From assembly GCF_041146345.1 (NCBI RefSeq), contig NW_027191409.1:496001-560000 (forward strand): a DNA stretch of 64,000 nucleotides. Direction: 5' to 3'. Shown piece by piece: positions 48,259-61,466 of this stretch. Positions within the stretch are counted from its first letter, which is position 1, and each line of letters starts with the position of its first letter. Under the pieces are notes generated by a model. That model was not told the origin of the DNA. It worked only from the letters and a program-made list of their open reading frames with translations, and ran no database searches. The DNA comes from Neodothiora populina. Its lineage: Eukaryota. The translations under genes were made by a program, and so were the position numbers.

Positions 48259-49840
48259 TACGGGGCGTTGTCGTATGTGTATTCGATTTCTAAGCGGGCT
48301 TGCAATCCTTGTACTGAAGCTGCAGCTGCGTGATCGTCGTATGTCGTAGTATGTATGGGTATTGTCAAAGCCAATGAAGAGTATATACTCTCGCTTTACT
48401 TCCACTTGCAGAATCGTCAGCGGCTGTAATGATCATGATTTCGCCTCAATCGAGAATAAAGATCCACGAATGGCAAGAGCAGAAACGGAGAACAATCCTC
48501 CATCTCTTGTTTTCCAGTCTTCCGTATCTTCTCTCGCTCACCCATACAACACGATGAACTTCAGATCTCGTCGGCTCCTTACCTAAAGTATACCGTAACC
48601 TCCGCCTGCCAGTCCTTTCTTCTGCCCCCTTCTACCGAAAGATACGAAAGAACGGTATCAGATCCGCCGCGTATGTGATAGCCCTCGCTATGACCCGCCT
48701 GTGTCTTCGTCTCCTCCGTCACTAAAAAAATGACTCAAAAGATAAAACTCAGCCACACAAGTACAGTACAGCTTGACCGAATCAGATCCCCGTGACTGGG
48801 TCTCAGTATGTTGGAGAAAAGAGAGATATAAATAACCCCAATCTCTCTCTCGCGAGTGCGTGCGTGAGTATGTATGTCGTTGATCCGTGAGTTATGCAAA
48901 GACTTTGTCAATGCCACAATACGGCGCCCTGACTCAGTTAGTCTGCTTTTGTTCTCTGTCTCTCTACTTGTATCTCCTGCGCCTCTTTTCTCTCTGGTGT
49001 CGTCCACCTGAGATGATGGATGGGGACTTTGGGGGGGAACTCGGTCCGGGCGAACGAACGCAAGCTCCAGATGGCGATATGAGTGCGTGGTCTGTGCGTT
49101 GGCTGCTTGCTGCTGCTGCTTCTGCTGTGCCTTGCGTTGCCCTCCGCCGCCCTTTGCTCTCGAGGCTTAGTGGAGGGTGACAGATAGATAGGAGGCAAAA
49201 GACGGGCAGGAATGGCGATGAGGGTTGATGCCAAAAGTCACGCAATTGTTCATCTATAGTTGTATACACCATGCATAGTGGGGTGATTTTATGCTATCTT
49301 CACTCGTGCGTGATCACATGTCTTCGAGAGACATATGCGACTAGTTGTTCGCATTGTTTTAATCGTCTACTAACATGGGTCATGGCTATGGTCTCGAATT
49401 CTACTGTAGATACAGAGCAAATGCACCTGAAAACATCTGGAAAGCCAACGAGGCTTTAACAATGCTGCTGTGTCGATTGTTAAGGAGACATCTATGTACA
49501 GTAACAATGAAAGCTATAAAAACAAGAAAATCCAAAAAATTGCTAGGCTTTATGCTGAGAGCCTGTTCCGTCCCTATGTCTGGTATGCAATGCAGCGAGG
49601 GTATCAAAAGATCAACGCCGGCGCTGGTGAAACGAGTGCGAGAAGCCATATCGAAAGCAAAAACAAAATCCCCGTAAGATGTACATGGGGGAAACAAAAA
49701 ACAAAAATGCCCCACCAAGGGAAGAAAGGCACCCTAGAACGCCGTAACCAACACCTGGTTACCCAATGCCATGAATGATTCAAGAGACCTTGTGCTGTTG
49801 CCAAAGCCGTTCGCTATAGGATATGCAAAACATGCTGTCG

Positions 49841-51370
49841 TCAGTAGCAGCTTAACATCCGGGTCTTGCTCCACGCTCGGAAGCGCACCCAGTGGCTCTT
49901 CGCTGCTTTTGTTTTGCTCACTTCGGTATGAACCCTCGTCTCCGATGCTGCACCACCCTGTCCACCCTGGATCGGAAGACTGAGCGTGGGCACGGGACTG
50001 TGGCGAGAATACTCGGTGCCTGCCATCTTCTCGTCCAGAGGGGAGGCTTCGGCCACAGCGTTTGTGCTGCGACGGCGATTGACCTTGTCCTCGAAGCTCG
50101 ACTGATGGTGTGTCCTGTCATCGGCTTCCGATCTTCGTCGGTCGCGGTCTTCCTTCCTCGATCGTTTCATCTCGGCTGTATCTCTCCGCTTCATCTCCAA
50201 TTTCTCCAATTTACGTGCCTTGGCCGCTTCTTTCTCTTCGAATGCTCTGCGTAGAGCTCGAATGTTGGCTGCTCGGGCGGCAGGATCTTCGGGTTCCGGG
50301 CTGCGTGAGAGAAAGCCAACCGCTCTGTCAATCGATGTTCGTGACGAGGGAGTGGTTGATAGGTCGAGAGACAGGCCGGTGCTACGGCGGGAATGGATAG
50401 GCTTGATTTCGTGGCTCGATCGGACAGAATTGGCTGACTGTTCGGACAGATTCGACTGTGACGTGCTTGTCAATTTGGTCAACGAGGCGGCACTGTAGGT
50501 CTGAGACGGCAGCATTGATGAGGCGTATGGTGCAGATGTCGACGAGACGGTCCTCCTGGAGCGCCAGCGCTCGATGCTAGTGCGACGGAGATCGTCCGTG
50601 ATGATGTCTGCGCTTTCTTCGACCTCGTCTTCTGAATTTGGAAAGGTAGTATTTGAGAAGGCTGGGGGCGGAGCGTAGGGTTGCGAGACATGTCGCGTCG
50701 TGTGGATGAAGGACTGAGTCGGGCGTAGTGTAGTTGCATGCGTCGACAAGGGTGAAGACAGGCTGGTCGCTCGACGGTGATGTGTGGAACGACGACGGAT
50801 GGTAGGCAAGAAGCCAGCCTCATGTGTAGGGTGCGAAGTGTCCGTGTCGCTATCGTTCATATCGCACAGCCTCTGAGAAGAGTCGTAGTCGCCAGAGGGC
50901 CGTGATAGATCAATTCGACCCTGTTCCTCGTCGTGGTCCCGCATGGACATTTTACGCAGGTAGGGCTTTATTTTCTGTGATGCGATTGCTTTACTGGGGT
51001 GGTTCATGAGGTCATGTTTGATTGGAAACGAGGCTATCGATGTCGTCGAGACAAGGGATGAGCCAGAGTCGCTTCTCTTATGAAGCCGGCCATGTCTGCT
51101 CGCGTAGCCGGAAGGAGCGGAAGTCATGCTTCGACGTGGTTGCGGACGTGCCGGAGCAGTGAATGTGGAGGAGCTGATGATGCTGGAGGTTGTGGTGAGG
51201 TGCTTGGGTAAGTATATCTCTGGTACATTCGCATCTGCATTTGCATTTGAACTGGTTCCGCTGCCATGTGCACTGTCGAGCGAGGGGGCTGATGTTCCAG
51301 AGGTGATGGAGGATGAGTGCCTCCAAGGTGACGATGTTGAGTGGCTTAGCATTGTTGGCGAAGCCATCAT
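49841..51370 (-). CDS. Ser/Arg-rich hypothetical protein
   Basis: 509-aa intronless ORF with KIKPYLRKMS, GRIDLSRP, a coiled-coil RRAFEEKEAAKARK and C-terminal WVRFRAWSKTR. Confidence 0.8.
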   Translation of the reverse strand: MMASPTMLSHSTSSPWRHSSSITSGTSAPSLDSAHGSGTSSNANADANVPEIYLPKHLTTTSSIISSSTFTAPARPQPRRSMTSAPSGYASRHGRLHKRSDSGSSLVSTTSIASFPIKHDLMNHPSKAIASQKIKPYLRKMSMRDHDEEQGRIDLSRPSGDYDSSQRLCDMNDSDTDTSHPTHEAGFLPTIRRRSTHHRRATSLSSPLSTHATTLRPTQSFIHTTRHVSQPYAPPPAFSNTTFPNSEDEVEESADIITDDLRRTSIERWRSRRTVSSTSAPYASSMLPSQTYSAASLTKLTSTSQSNLSEQSANSVRSSHEIKPIHSRRSTGLSLDLSTTPSSRTSIDRAVGFLSRSPEPEDPAARAANIRALRRAFEEKEAAKARKLEKLEMKRRDTAEMKRSRKEDRDRRRSEADDRTHHQSSFEDKVNRRRSTNAVAEASPLDEKMAGTEYSRHSPVPTLSLPIQGGQGGAASETRVHTEVSKTKAAKSHWVRFRAWSKTRMLSCY

Positions 51371-53996
51371 CGACCACGAACTCCCCGGCTAATAATATGA
51401 TACTTTCGTATCAATAGGCAGAAAGCAAAAGTCGAAAAGCTGGAGACAAGACCGGCGTTGGCTTGGGATAGAGGCGTCAGATGCAGGGATACGCCGAACT
51501 TAATCCTGACACTGATACCGTTGTACGAGTACTGTATCCTTACGGCTGTATGGTGCAGCAGTACAAGTAATGGCGTAGTGCGGCTTGTACCTGTACAGTA
51601 GTGGCCTTATATGATGCTGATCAGGGCTGCAACTCCTGCAACTTCGAAACGTCTTGTCCCGCAACCTAGATTCAAGTACTGTATCTGCGTATCACTCGTT
51701 TCGGGCAACACAGTGAATGATGTAGTCACTGGCGCATCGTCATGGATATCATGTGCTATGCAAGAGAAGGATAAAAGCCTGCAGAGAGAAAGACCAAAGT
51801 GGATCAATGCTTCGCGATTGACAATTCCGATGTGAGAAGGAGGGGAAAATGCCAGGGTAGCCAGTCCGACTCAATGTTGGGATCTTCGGCCGAGAAGGGA
51901 GTCTATTAAGTGTGGAATGACAGAATGACTGAGGTGATGGTCCACACTGGTCGATAGAGTGCGTGGAGACGGAAGATCCTAATCGGACACGTCGGATATC
52001 GGCACCTCACACACAGCAAGGTAATTGTACAGTACGAATGCTTCTTCTGTGCACAAGCAGCACCACAGGGCTAAGGTGTGTAACAGAGATATTGCTGGCG
52101 TCCAATATAAACGGATTGGAAACGCAATGACCGCACTCGCAATATCCCAAAGAATGTCGGTCAGTGGTAGTGAAAGGGACACTGGTGTGGTAATTGATTT
52201 GCAAGATCTCCCCGGGCTTGTGCGGTCGCGCAACGTGCGAATGCAGTATTTGTGCATATGAAGAAACCCCGCCACAGTCTAGACAGGCCCGTTTTGCAAA
52301 CGATTCGCCAGCCATCCTTGGATCACTCTGTTTCATGCCCGTTGTTATAGGTCTGCAGTCTGCCCCTCTCGCTCTGTATGGCAGTGTGGCTAACGATTCC
52401 ATCGGCGGTTTTACTTTTCTTCAACGATCTGCTATCGTCGCAACCGTATTCCGCTCGTCACTGATTGCCCGCACTGTGATTTTCCTGTTTCTGCTTTTGT
52501 GCTTTCTGGAATCCGATTTGTTAATCCAACCACCTCCGCTTGTCTCAACATGTCACATGTATTTGTCTATGGCGGCGATCATGGAAGACTTCCATTCTTC
52601 CATTTTCTGGTCCGGCGGCCCCGATTCGCTCTGTTCCAGGAGTGAGCATGCCTGACCTTCCGATACACCATTTGCGCACTGAAAGCATGACGTCGCAGAG
52701 CTGCTCTTCCGATGCAGGTAAGGTATCATACAGTAGACCTACATTAGCCACGAGATGTCATTCACCACGCCCCGGTCTCCCCGGCCCGTGTGTGGTGACA
52801 GCCTCAACGAACGTGCATATCCTTTTCTCTGCTCCTGTATACGACAAAGCTTGTGTGTGATTACTGCATGATATGATCGCATGTACAATAGCACGACTTG
52901 GCTTATAACAATTTCGCTATCGCGTGCTACTGAGCAAGACAGTAATGATGTACATCTCAGTGACCGCTAAGGGCTCTGCTACGCACACCAGATCTTCCCT
53001 AGTCAAGGGCGGAAGTGTGACCCCAATCTCGCCGATGGTACCTGTCTCTCCCTCCTCCTGTGCTCCTTTTTTTGTCGTCGCGGTGACGCTCTACCTGTTC
53101 CTACATGTCTTGCCTCATTCTTCGAACGTCTCTTTTGACTTCGGGCTTGTGGTCCGGAACCTCGAGTGCATTCATCAACTACCGGCGTGTGGGCCTTTGA
53201 GACCTTTTTCTCAACCCACAACTAATACCTACCCCACATGTGTCAAAAAGGAAAAGTCCCGCTCGATAAGGCCCATTAATTACTCGCTTATGTACATAGA
53301 TCCACTTCCTACTGCAGTAGGCTTCGGCCGGTTTTGCACACTTTTTTGAACCTGAAGGATTGCATGGGTCTAAGGGTGGAGTCACCACTGTTTCTATTTT
53401 GTTGACCGTAAGCAAAGTACTCTGACCTACAGTTTTCCAGTATCCTCGATCTCTAACAGTGCTTTACCTTGGATCAGAAGTGCGACAGTGAGTTGGTAAG
53501 GGGACCAATCGGAAGTTTATGGCTTTAGGAACGGCCCACTTGATGCACGACGCTAAGTCGAGGTCCACCTACGTGCCTTTGAGGTACTATTTACTCCGTT
53601 CGTAGCCACGGCCGGTTAACTTTGCTGCTCTTTGTCGCTTCGAGTGCTTGCCAATACGACTTAACAGACGATAAAACTATTTGAACCATGGGTTAATGAT
53701 ACAGCCCATGATAGACTTTCGTGAAAAGAGGAGCTATCTCATCGTGACTCGGGCTACCACGGAGACCATCACACAACGCCGTAGGAGATTCAATAGAGAC
53801 GACTCTCTTGTATCATGTGAACAGATCCATTGTCGGCAGGACATGCACTTACGGCATTTCGTATAGTCCGTATCCTAGAATTAGGAGTTCGGTATAGACT
53901 TTCTACCTACACTTTTGGGCAAGCAATGCTACTTGCACCGGGGTATCAATCTAATTCAAAGGATGGAGAAGGTATGCCAGGTTGGTGTTATGAGGT

Positions 53997-56641
53997 TCAA
54001 TCGCTGTCAATCTCAATCACCTCGATACTACCTTTGCTACTCTCTCGTTCAGCACCAGACACTCGATTAGCACTTGTTTCGTACCCAGGCTCATCCTCGG
54101 CTGTTGAGTTTTGGCTTTCCAGCTGCCGTCGCTTTCCACAATAATTGCACGAGTGTCAAGCAAACCCGCAGCCTGCAAACCGTCGCGGACCTGTTGCAAG
54201 AAATCGTCCATGATGAGTGATGGAGGACTGGCATCTGATCCGCAGATGGGACATTTCCAGTCGTCGACCTCGCTGACTTGCTCTGATGCGCCTCGAAATG
54301 ATCTTGTGTCTAGGAAAACGCCGAGGTCGAATGCCTCTCGATGCGTGCAATGAACCCCTCGGACTGCTATATCGAACATACGCGCATTCGAGAACGGCTC
54401 GAGCATTCCTATGGTCACGTTGGATTGAATGATGGCAATCTCATCACTTCGCGTCTCAGACTGACTCGACAGGTGCGAGACGATTGATGATCGAACCTCT
54501 TCAGCCGATAGGTGCTTTAGCGATGCCCGTATTGATTCTTCGGTAGCAAATTGAACAATTTCAATACCGACCATGAGATCAATCGGTTTGACACGATTGG
54601 ACATGAGATTCGTAAAGACTCTGAGCTGGTTTTCCTCTTTGAGACCTTTCGCGATGTTCACAGGTAGGGATCTGCCATGCTGAAGCTTCCGTCTGACTTC
54701 CAAGGGAGTAGCATTGAGCGTGAAATAAAGCCAAGAGGGCCACTCGACATCTTTGATTGACCAGTGTTTCGCGGAGTAGTCGCTGAGTTGGCAGCATTTC
54801 AGACGAAAAGCCACCGTTTTCTCGTCGAATGTTGCTGACAGCGGGATTTCGTCCCCTTTCTCACAAGATTGGGGAAGATTAACAAGATGATCACGGTCGA
54901 TCTGAAACTTGAAGTCTTGTATTGGTCGGGCTGCTAAATTGCTTGGCGGAAGTGCGAATCCGCATACATATCTGTAATACCTTGACTTGGTATCAACATC
55001 TACCGAAGCATGGGCAAATCTCAGGGAGGGTTCGCGGAGATGCACTTGGTGAAGTGCTGTCCGTAACGGATCTGGCTGGGCGTATTGTCGCACAGCCGCA
55101 TCTAGCGGAGGAATGAGCGAAGGCTGCGGATTGGACTTATTCGATATTTCATGCTGCAACTGGTGAACACTCCTGTATTGAGGATGTTGAGCACCAGCAC
55201 TTGCAAACGAAGCTCTATTGTTAAGAGGATTTACTGAAGTCGATTCCGGAAAGCCACGGGCTCGGGTCGTTGAGTCTGCTGGCATATGTGTATTCTGCAA
55301 AGGTCTCTGCTGCATATGAGAAATAGGTACAGCATTCGGGAAGTCGTTCGAAGCCGAATTAAATAAATCCCGGCGGAGGTTCCAATAAAAGGTATTGTGG
55401 TGAAGCACATCGGTTGGTGCACTTCCCATTCTTGACTCCGCCTGTTCCTCAATAAAGTGCTCATAAGCTCGCCTTAAGAACTGAGGGTATTGTGGGTGAT
55501 TCCTGAATACACGACCCCACAGAACTTCTACAGCATAGCTAAAGGCGACTCTTTGGAAGATGAAGCTCCTCCTCATCCCAAGTCTTGCAAGGTCATTTGC
55601 GAAGGGCAGAACTTGATCTCGCACAGTGACCATGCATGTCAATGGCCAGTCATGTTGAACTGTCAAGCATTCGGATATGTCATTTAAGAGCAGTGCGAAC
55701 ACAGACGTACCCATCGATTCCTGCACACTTTGAAGGTATGAGGGAAGAGCATCGACAAACCGACGCGTTTGTGGGCCAAGAAGAGTGTCCGTTCCGATAA
55801 TATCCTCTATGCCGGAGGTATTCGCAGCATTCAAGATTGTAACATCTGGAAAGAGACATCTGACCCGGGGTTCATGTCGTGCCCTCAGGATGAGAAACAG
55901 TGTGATGTAGAAGACATCATACGCGTGCGAAGCTATTGCCAGCTGCTGTAGTCTATAGGTATCTATGTGGGACATTTTTCGTTCACGCAGCGCAGCCTCG
56001 ACGAAGTGCAACAAATTCTTAGTTACTTGCGCATATACAGGGGGCAAGCAGACGTTTTCTGCGTTGTCGCATGTTCCCGGTTGAAGTGCTGTACGATCGG
56101 TCAAAGCAGCCACGGATCCGGTGGCACATCTGTCTGTAGGGATAGAGTGAAGGGAAGGAACAGCAGCTGGTTCTTCGCTAAAGGCAGGGGTTGGAGGGAA
56201 GTGAGCATGATTAATCGAGGGAAGACCCCGTGAGTGGAGTCCGCCAGCCATCGGGGCAGTTGCTGGTGCCACTGGGCCTGGTATGATTGGAGAAAGAATG
56301 TGTGAACCTGATGGACCACAATCAGGCTGGGCGACAATCGGTACAGGCGTCATCTGCGCAATTGGTATGGCGCTCTGAGATCTACTGGCATGCTGTGTGG
56401 GCTGAGACACCGCAGTTTCAGGACCAGTGGCATTGGCATTGCGAGATAATTGTCGACATTGTCGGTAATCGTCTGTTCGGACCGACGCATTTTGTAACCA
56501 GCTGGGTGTTGGGTGAGTCTTACCAAGCAGTAATTGAGCAGTCGCGTTGGATGTGGCTATATCATGGTACGACTTTTTACGTTTGAGGTGTTGCGGCATG
56601 GCGGGAAAATGGACAACAACATGGAGATCCCGTCCGCTCAT
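53997..56641 (-). CDS. SP-RING (zf-MIZ) domain protein, putative SUMO E3 ligase-like; probable frameshift near 54110
   Basis: EPFSNARMFDIAVRGVHCTHREAFDL...WKCPICG SP-RING; upstream WPSWLYFTLNATPLEVRRKLQHGRSLPVNI; continuous ORF ends 54017, alternative-frame tail ends 53997; start may be a downstream Met (MPQHLKRKK). Confidence 0.85.
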
Positions 56642-57818
56642 TGACTACCTGGAAGTAGATTTTCCTCTTCAAATGTCCTAGACGTTGTATGACAGTGCCG
56701 TGGTGGAATGGCGCACATTCAGATACTTTTGCCTCCTTCATGAATTGCTGTACACTGCACCTTCCCGAGTTGTCAGCCAAGTAGCGCGCAGCTGCGTCGG
56801 CAAACAGTAAGACGTGCCTTCCCAATTAGAGCAAAGTGCATTTAGTGGTCCGGCGCGTAGACTTCATGCAGTCATGAAGACGCTTCACACTTGACATGTC
56901 CAGGCAAGGTACCTTGACTTACTTATACTTGCAGATCAGATGCGCGCCTCCGAACACATGTTTTCGCGAATGTCTGTTGTGATTCGACACGATAGACGAA
57001 CGAGGACGCAAGGGCGCTTCCGCAATTTGACGGGCGTCTTGAACTGGGCACATAAGGATAAGGCCGGGCAAGGAAAAGAAGGGAGTAGCATTGCACTGCA
57101 AGGGCTGGCGGGTCCAGCTTTGCAACGCGAGCTACAGCATTCTACTTGTAGCCGGACCCACTGTCGTTCCACTCTCCGTCTCCAGATGTCTCTCGACTAC
57201 ACAGATCATTGCGCCTGATGGGCCATGTCTGGTGTAACAAGTAGACGAGAGAGTGGATGCAGTGAAGATATCTTGGGATGTTTAGACTTGGTCAACAAGG
57301 TCCAGCCAAAGAGGGGCTCTGATATAGTAGTGTCGGTAACTTGACAATCCACACCCACGCGAACCTTAAAAGACATATCTCCTCAACTGGCGCTCAGGGT
57401 AAGATACTCGCACTCCAATTATAGACAGAGCAAGCCAAACGTCGGTTGATCAATGGAATTTAAAAGATGCAGCGCAAGCAGCGCTTTTACAACGGTGTTT
57501 CGCTGCAATTTCGTCCAATGAACGGTCGCGCATGACTCGGCCCAGAGCACACATTACGGTATCGTACTGTGTCTGTATCATCATCACCACTATACTTAGT
57601 ATACAAACTACATTTGTCTAGACTCTTCTCATCCCACCTTCTACCTTGTCTTGGGTTACTGTACCGGACTTCTACTTTTACTCCACACACATTCAACACA
57701 TACTGACTGCGCGCGCACAATCATTCATGATCACCACGTCCCATTTCCTGCCTGCTCTCTGCAGTACATCTTGACCTGAGCCCATCTCAGGCACGCCATC
57801 GAGCTGGGAGCAGCGCGC

Positions 57819-60800
57819 ATGATGGCCTCTTCAAGCTCGCGACAGCCAACCCATGCGCAGCATCAAGCCCCCCCAGGCTCCATCCTGCTTGTTGTCCGTA
57901 AGTCAATCCTCTCTTACTTGCTGTCTTTATCGTGTCATCCTTCCCGCGAACTTGCATTATCACCCTTGCCCTTCTCTCGTTCCATAGCAATACAGCGCAT
58001 ATGATACCTCTTCCGTTACACAAATCACTTTCCGGACTCCTCCTCATCACATTACCCGGACTTTTGGTTGCGATAGTCGACTCCAAGAATCACTCTTCCA
58101 CCCCCGCTCGGAATCTCCACGCCGTGTTGTTGTCTTACGATGGCCTCGGTCCATGACATACAGGAAAGCTAATTAGCGCTCCAACTCAGATGACTTCGTC
58201 GCTCGTAGTCCTGATGAGCTGAGCCTCGCCAAGGGCGATCGCATCGAACTCATCGAACGCGACGATGACTTCGGCGATGGCTGGTTCCTTGGCCGTCATA
58301 TGACCAATGGTACTACTGGCCTTTTTCCAGAGGGTAAGCGGGCTTTCACTTGAGTCAACAGCTCTCGCCGCTGAGAATCGCAGTCTACACAACCCCGGCA
58401 CCCAAAGCCACCTTGCCCGTCTCTTCGAACCAGCAACGAACCCCTCGACTTGGCCCCCTGAGTCCGACACTCTCGTCTTTGCCCGCAGAACAGCATGCGT
58501 CCGCCTCCTCTCGACCCTCGTCAGGTGCCGCGCCGCCGTCGGCTGCGCAGTTCGATGGCAATGGTAATGCCAATGTCCATGCGAGATACTCGGGCGACCT
58601 ATCGAACCAGAGGCCTCTCAGCTCGAGCGGCAATGGAATCCAAGATGCCACACGCAGTTCACTATCAGCGAATCCGCCGTCGACTCGCACGACTCAATCA
58701 CTGGCACCACAGCACAACTCTGTCATGCACGAGACGCTGAGCGTCATCGACGAGCACATCACCGATCTCAGAACCCCGCGACAAAGCCATCTGAGTACAA
58801 ATCGAAGCAATCAAGACGCCGACAGTGTCTATTCGCATGACGCGCATCGCCTGTCATACATTAATGGACACGAGACAGATGAAGAGGAGGAGGAGCAGCA
58901 GCAGCAGCAACAGCAACATCTACACACGGAGAGCGAGGTCATGGCTTGGACACCCGCTCGCGTGGCCCAATACCTCGAGCAGCAAGGGGTCGAGAAGCAG
59001 CATTGCGACATCTTTCGCGAACAGGAAATCTCGGGCGAAGTCATCCTCCACATGGAGCAGTCGGCCGTCTTCATCAAGGAATTTGAGCTCGGTTCAGTCG
59101 GCCGCCGCCTCAAGACGTGGCAGAAGATCAAGGCTTTGCAGGACGAGACAAGGGCCGCTGGGATCCCCGGGATGGCGAGGAGTATATCGGATTACTCTGC
59201 CGCGGCCGATGATTCTATGTCTATGAACGAGGTCGCCCGCACTCGGAGTGCCTCCATTACTGTTCCTCCCCAGAGACCTTCAACGGCGGCTCCTGTTTCT
59301 TCCTCTTTTCCCACCTCTGCGGGCTTCGCAACTCAGCCATCACCTGCCCTCGCCGCTCATCTACAATCGTTGAATTCGATCACTGCGCGCCCAGAAAGTA
59401 TGGCCCGACCCAGCGCTGCCTCCATCCGCAGCCTGAACCATTCCCGACGTCACTCGTCGCTGGGTTCCATTGGTGACGCAGCGCCTCCTCCTGCCACATC
59501 CCGCTACTCTCAACACCGTCAATCGTCGTCTGGCGCCTCGCCCTTGGCAATTGCATCTGCAGCTGCTGCGTCCAGGCGCCGCTCTTCCGTGCAAGAACAA
59601 CCTCACACCTCGATCCCTCAACACAGCGACCACCTTTCCGTCGGCAACTACGGCTTTGCCAATCCCGACTCTCCTGGAGACATCGACCGAGGTTACTTTT
59701 CCGGAAACGAAGTTGAGAACCGGAACAAGCGCAATGTTTTGCAGAAACGATCCAGCCAGATGCACGCACGGAACGCTAGCGCAGTGACGGACTCGGCAAG
59801 ACACAGCACCCAGTTCAGATCGCACGGCAGAGTGGCGAGCGTTGAGTCCATGCGAGCACCCGTTTCGCCCATCTTGTCGCCTGAGTCGGCGCAATTCTCC
59901 TTCGACAAGGCCGCCGGTCATCGCGCCGTCAGCAGTCCTCTGGTCACCACTGGCACGAAACCTTTCAGCGCCATCCAGGAACCTGCTTCACCTATAGTCA
60001 CGAAGCTCGAGTACGGCCAGTCATCCATCACAGCCGACAGTGATGCGTCCTCGGCAAATTACTCGCCGTCTCCAGCATCGCATTCCTTCACCTTCTTCTC
60101 GAAGCCACGTGTGGGCGGCTTGCGCGTGGCGTCAGACGCCGTCACGCAAAACGAAAAGAGAGCTCAGAGTAATCTGAAAGGATCGCCAATCACATCGCCC
60201 ACACGCACAGGTTCCACTACACCGTCTACCGACACGCCGTCGATCGAAATACAAAAGCCAGATACTCAATCTCGAGTTTCTACGGGCTCATCATCATTGG
60301 TCGCTCCTCCACCCCCAGCCGCTCGTGCGCGGCCCAAGACAAAGACAAAGAAGTCGACCTCGGCTTATACACGTGGGTTGGAGAAGCGGACTCCGGCAGA
60401 GCAGATGACTGGATGTGACTATAGTGGATGGATGAAAAAGAAATCGTCCAATCTGATGGGTTCGTGGAAACCCCGCCTCTTCGTCCTTCGTGGGCGTAGA
60501 CTGTCTTACTATTACTCCGAGAACGATACCGAGGAGAAAGGTCTGATCGATATCTCCTCACATCGCGTCCTCCCGGCAGAAAATGAAAGAATGACTGGCC
60601 TACATGCGGCATTGACCGGTGCATCTTCGTCTCCTGTGATGCCAGCCAACACCACTACCCAGACATCGGCGGCTACAGATCTAGCCTCGAAACCATCCAT
60701 CGACTCGGAGACTGGGCTTTTCATATTCAAGCTTGTGCCACCCCGCCAGGGATTGAGCAAAGCAGTCAACTTCACCAAGCCGGCTGTGCATTATTTCGCT

Positions 60801-61160
60801 GTCAACAGCCGCCAGGAGGGACGTCTCTGGATGGCAGCTCTGATGAAAGCGACAATCGACTACGACCCCAGCGGCAAAGTCGTCACCAGCTATAACCAGA
60901 AGACCATCTCGCTTGCAAAGGCTCGGGCCAGGAACGAGCGCCCACCAGCCTTGCGAGAGATCAGCAACGAAAGTGCGACCGAGGACAAGGCGATCGCAGA
61001 ACTGGATGGGGGCTCTGTCGAAAGACCCGATTCCTCTGTCGACCAGACTGGACTAGGAATAGACGGCATCGAATCCAGCAAAGGCGATACCGATCCTGCT
61101 ACTACTGGCGGTGCTGAGAAAAGCGATGCTGTGACAGGAGTTCGGACTTCGTCCACATGA
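57819..61160 (+). CDS. Polarised-growth scaffold Boi1/Boi2/Pob1 (SH3-SAM-PH); exons 57819-57897, 58190-58333, 58384-61160
   Basis: Spliced SH3 LLVVHDFVARSPDELSLAKGDRI...GDGWF...GLFPEVYT; SAM WTPARVAQYL...EISGEVIL; PH YSGWMKKK...WKPRLFVL...WMAALMKATI. Confidence 0.93.
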
Positions 61161-61466
61161 AATTAATCCGGGTGACATAAAACCAACCTAATAATGTTTT
61201 TGTCCTTTAATCTTTTGGATTTCTTTATGATATGAGTCACGACAGGGAAGGTTCTGGCCGTGGGCAGGCTGTCATTGCTGCCTTTTCAAACTCTCACATC
61301 AACAAGGAATATTCTTGTATGTCCTCTCCACTGGGGATATTGTTGATCTTGTCGCTTGTCTGATGGACCAAGGCATCGGCTTTCTTGCACCAAACTCTCA
61401 CTGCATGTACATAATTGCCATGAAAAAAATCTTACTTTAATTATGTCATTCTTGACAACTGTTTCT

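Noticed and set aside
48887..49272. Short Ser/Pro-rich ORFs on both strands
   Set aside because: No motif or convincing splice structure.
52545..52860. Possible spliced Cys-containing small gene on the minus strand (GTTCGT...GCTAAT-TAG)
   Set aside because: Putative upstream exon is closed by a nearby stop and no complete domain results.
56627..56640. ATCCCGTCCGCTC resembling a fungal 5S rRNA segment
   Set aside because: Isolated 13-nt match; flanks do not resemble 5S and it overlaps the start of the SP-RING ORF.
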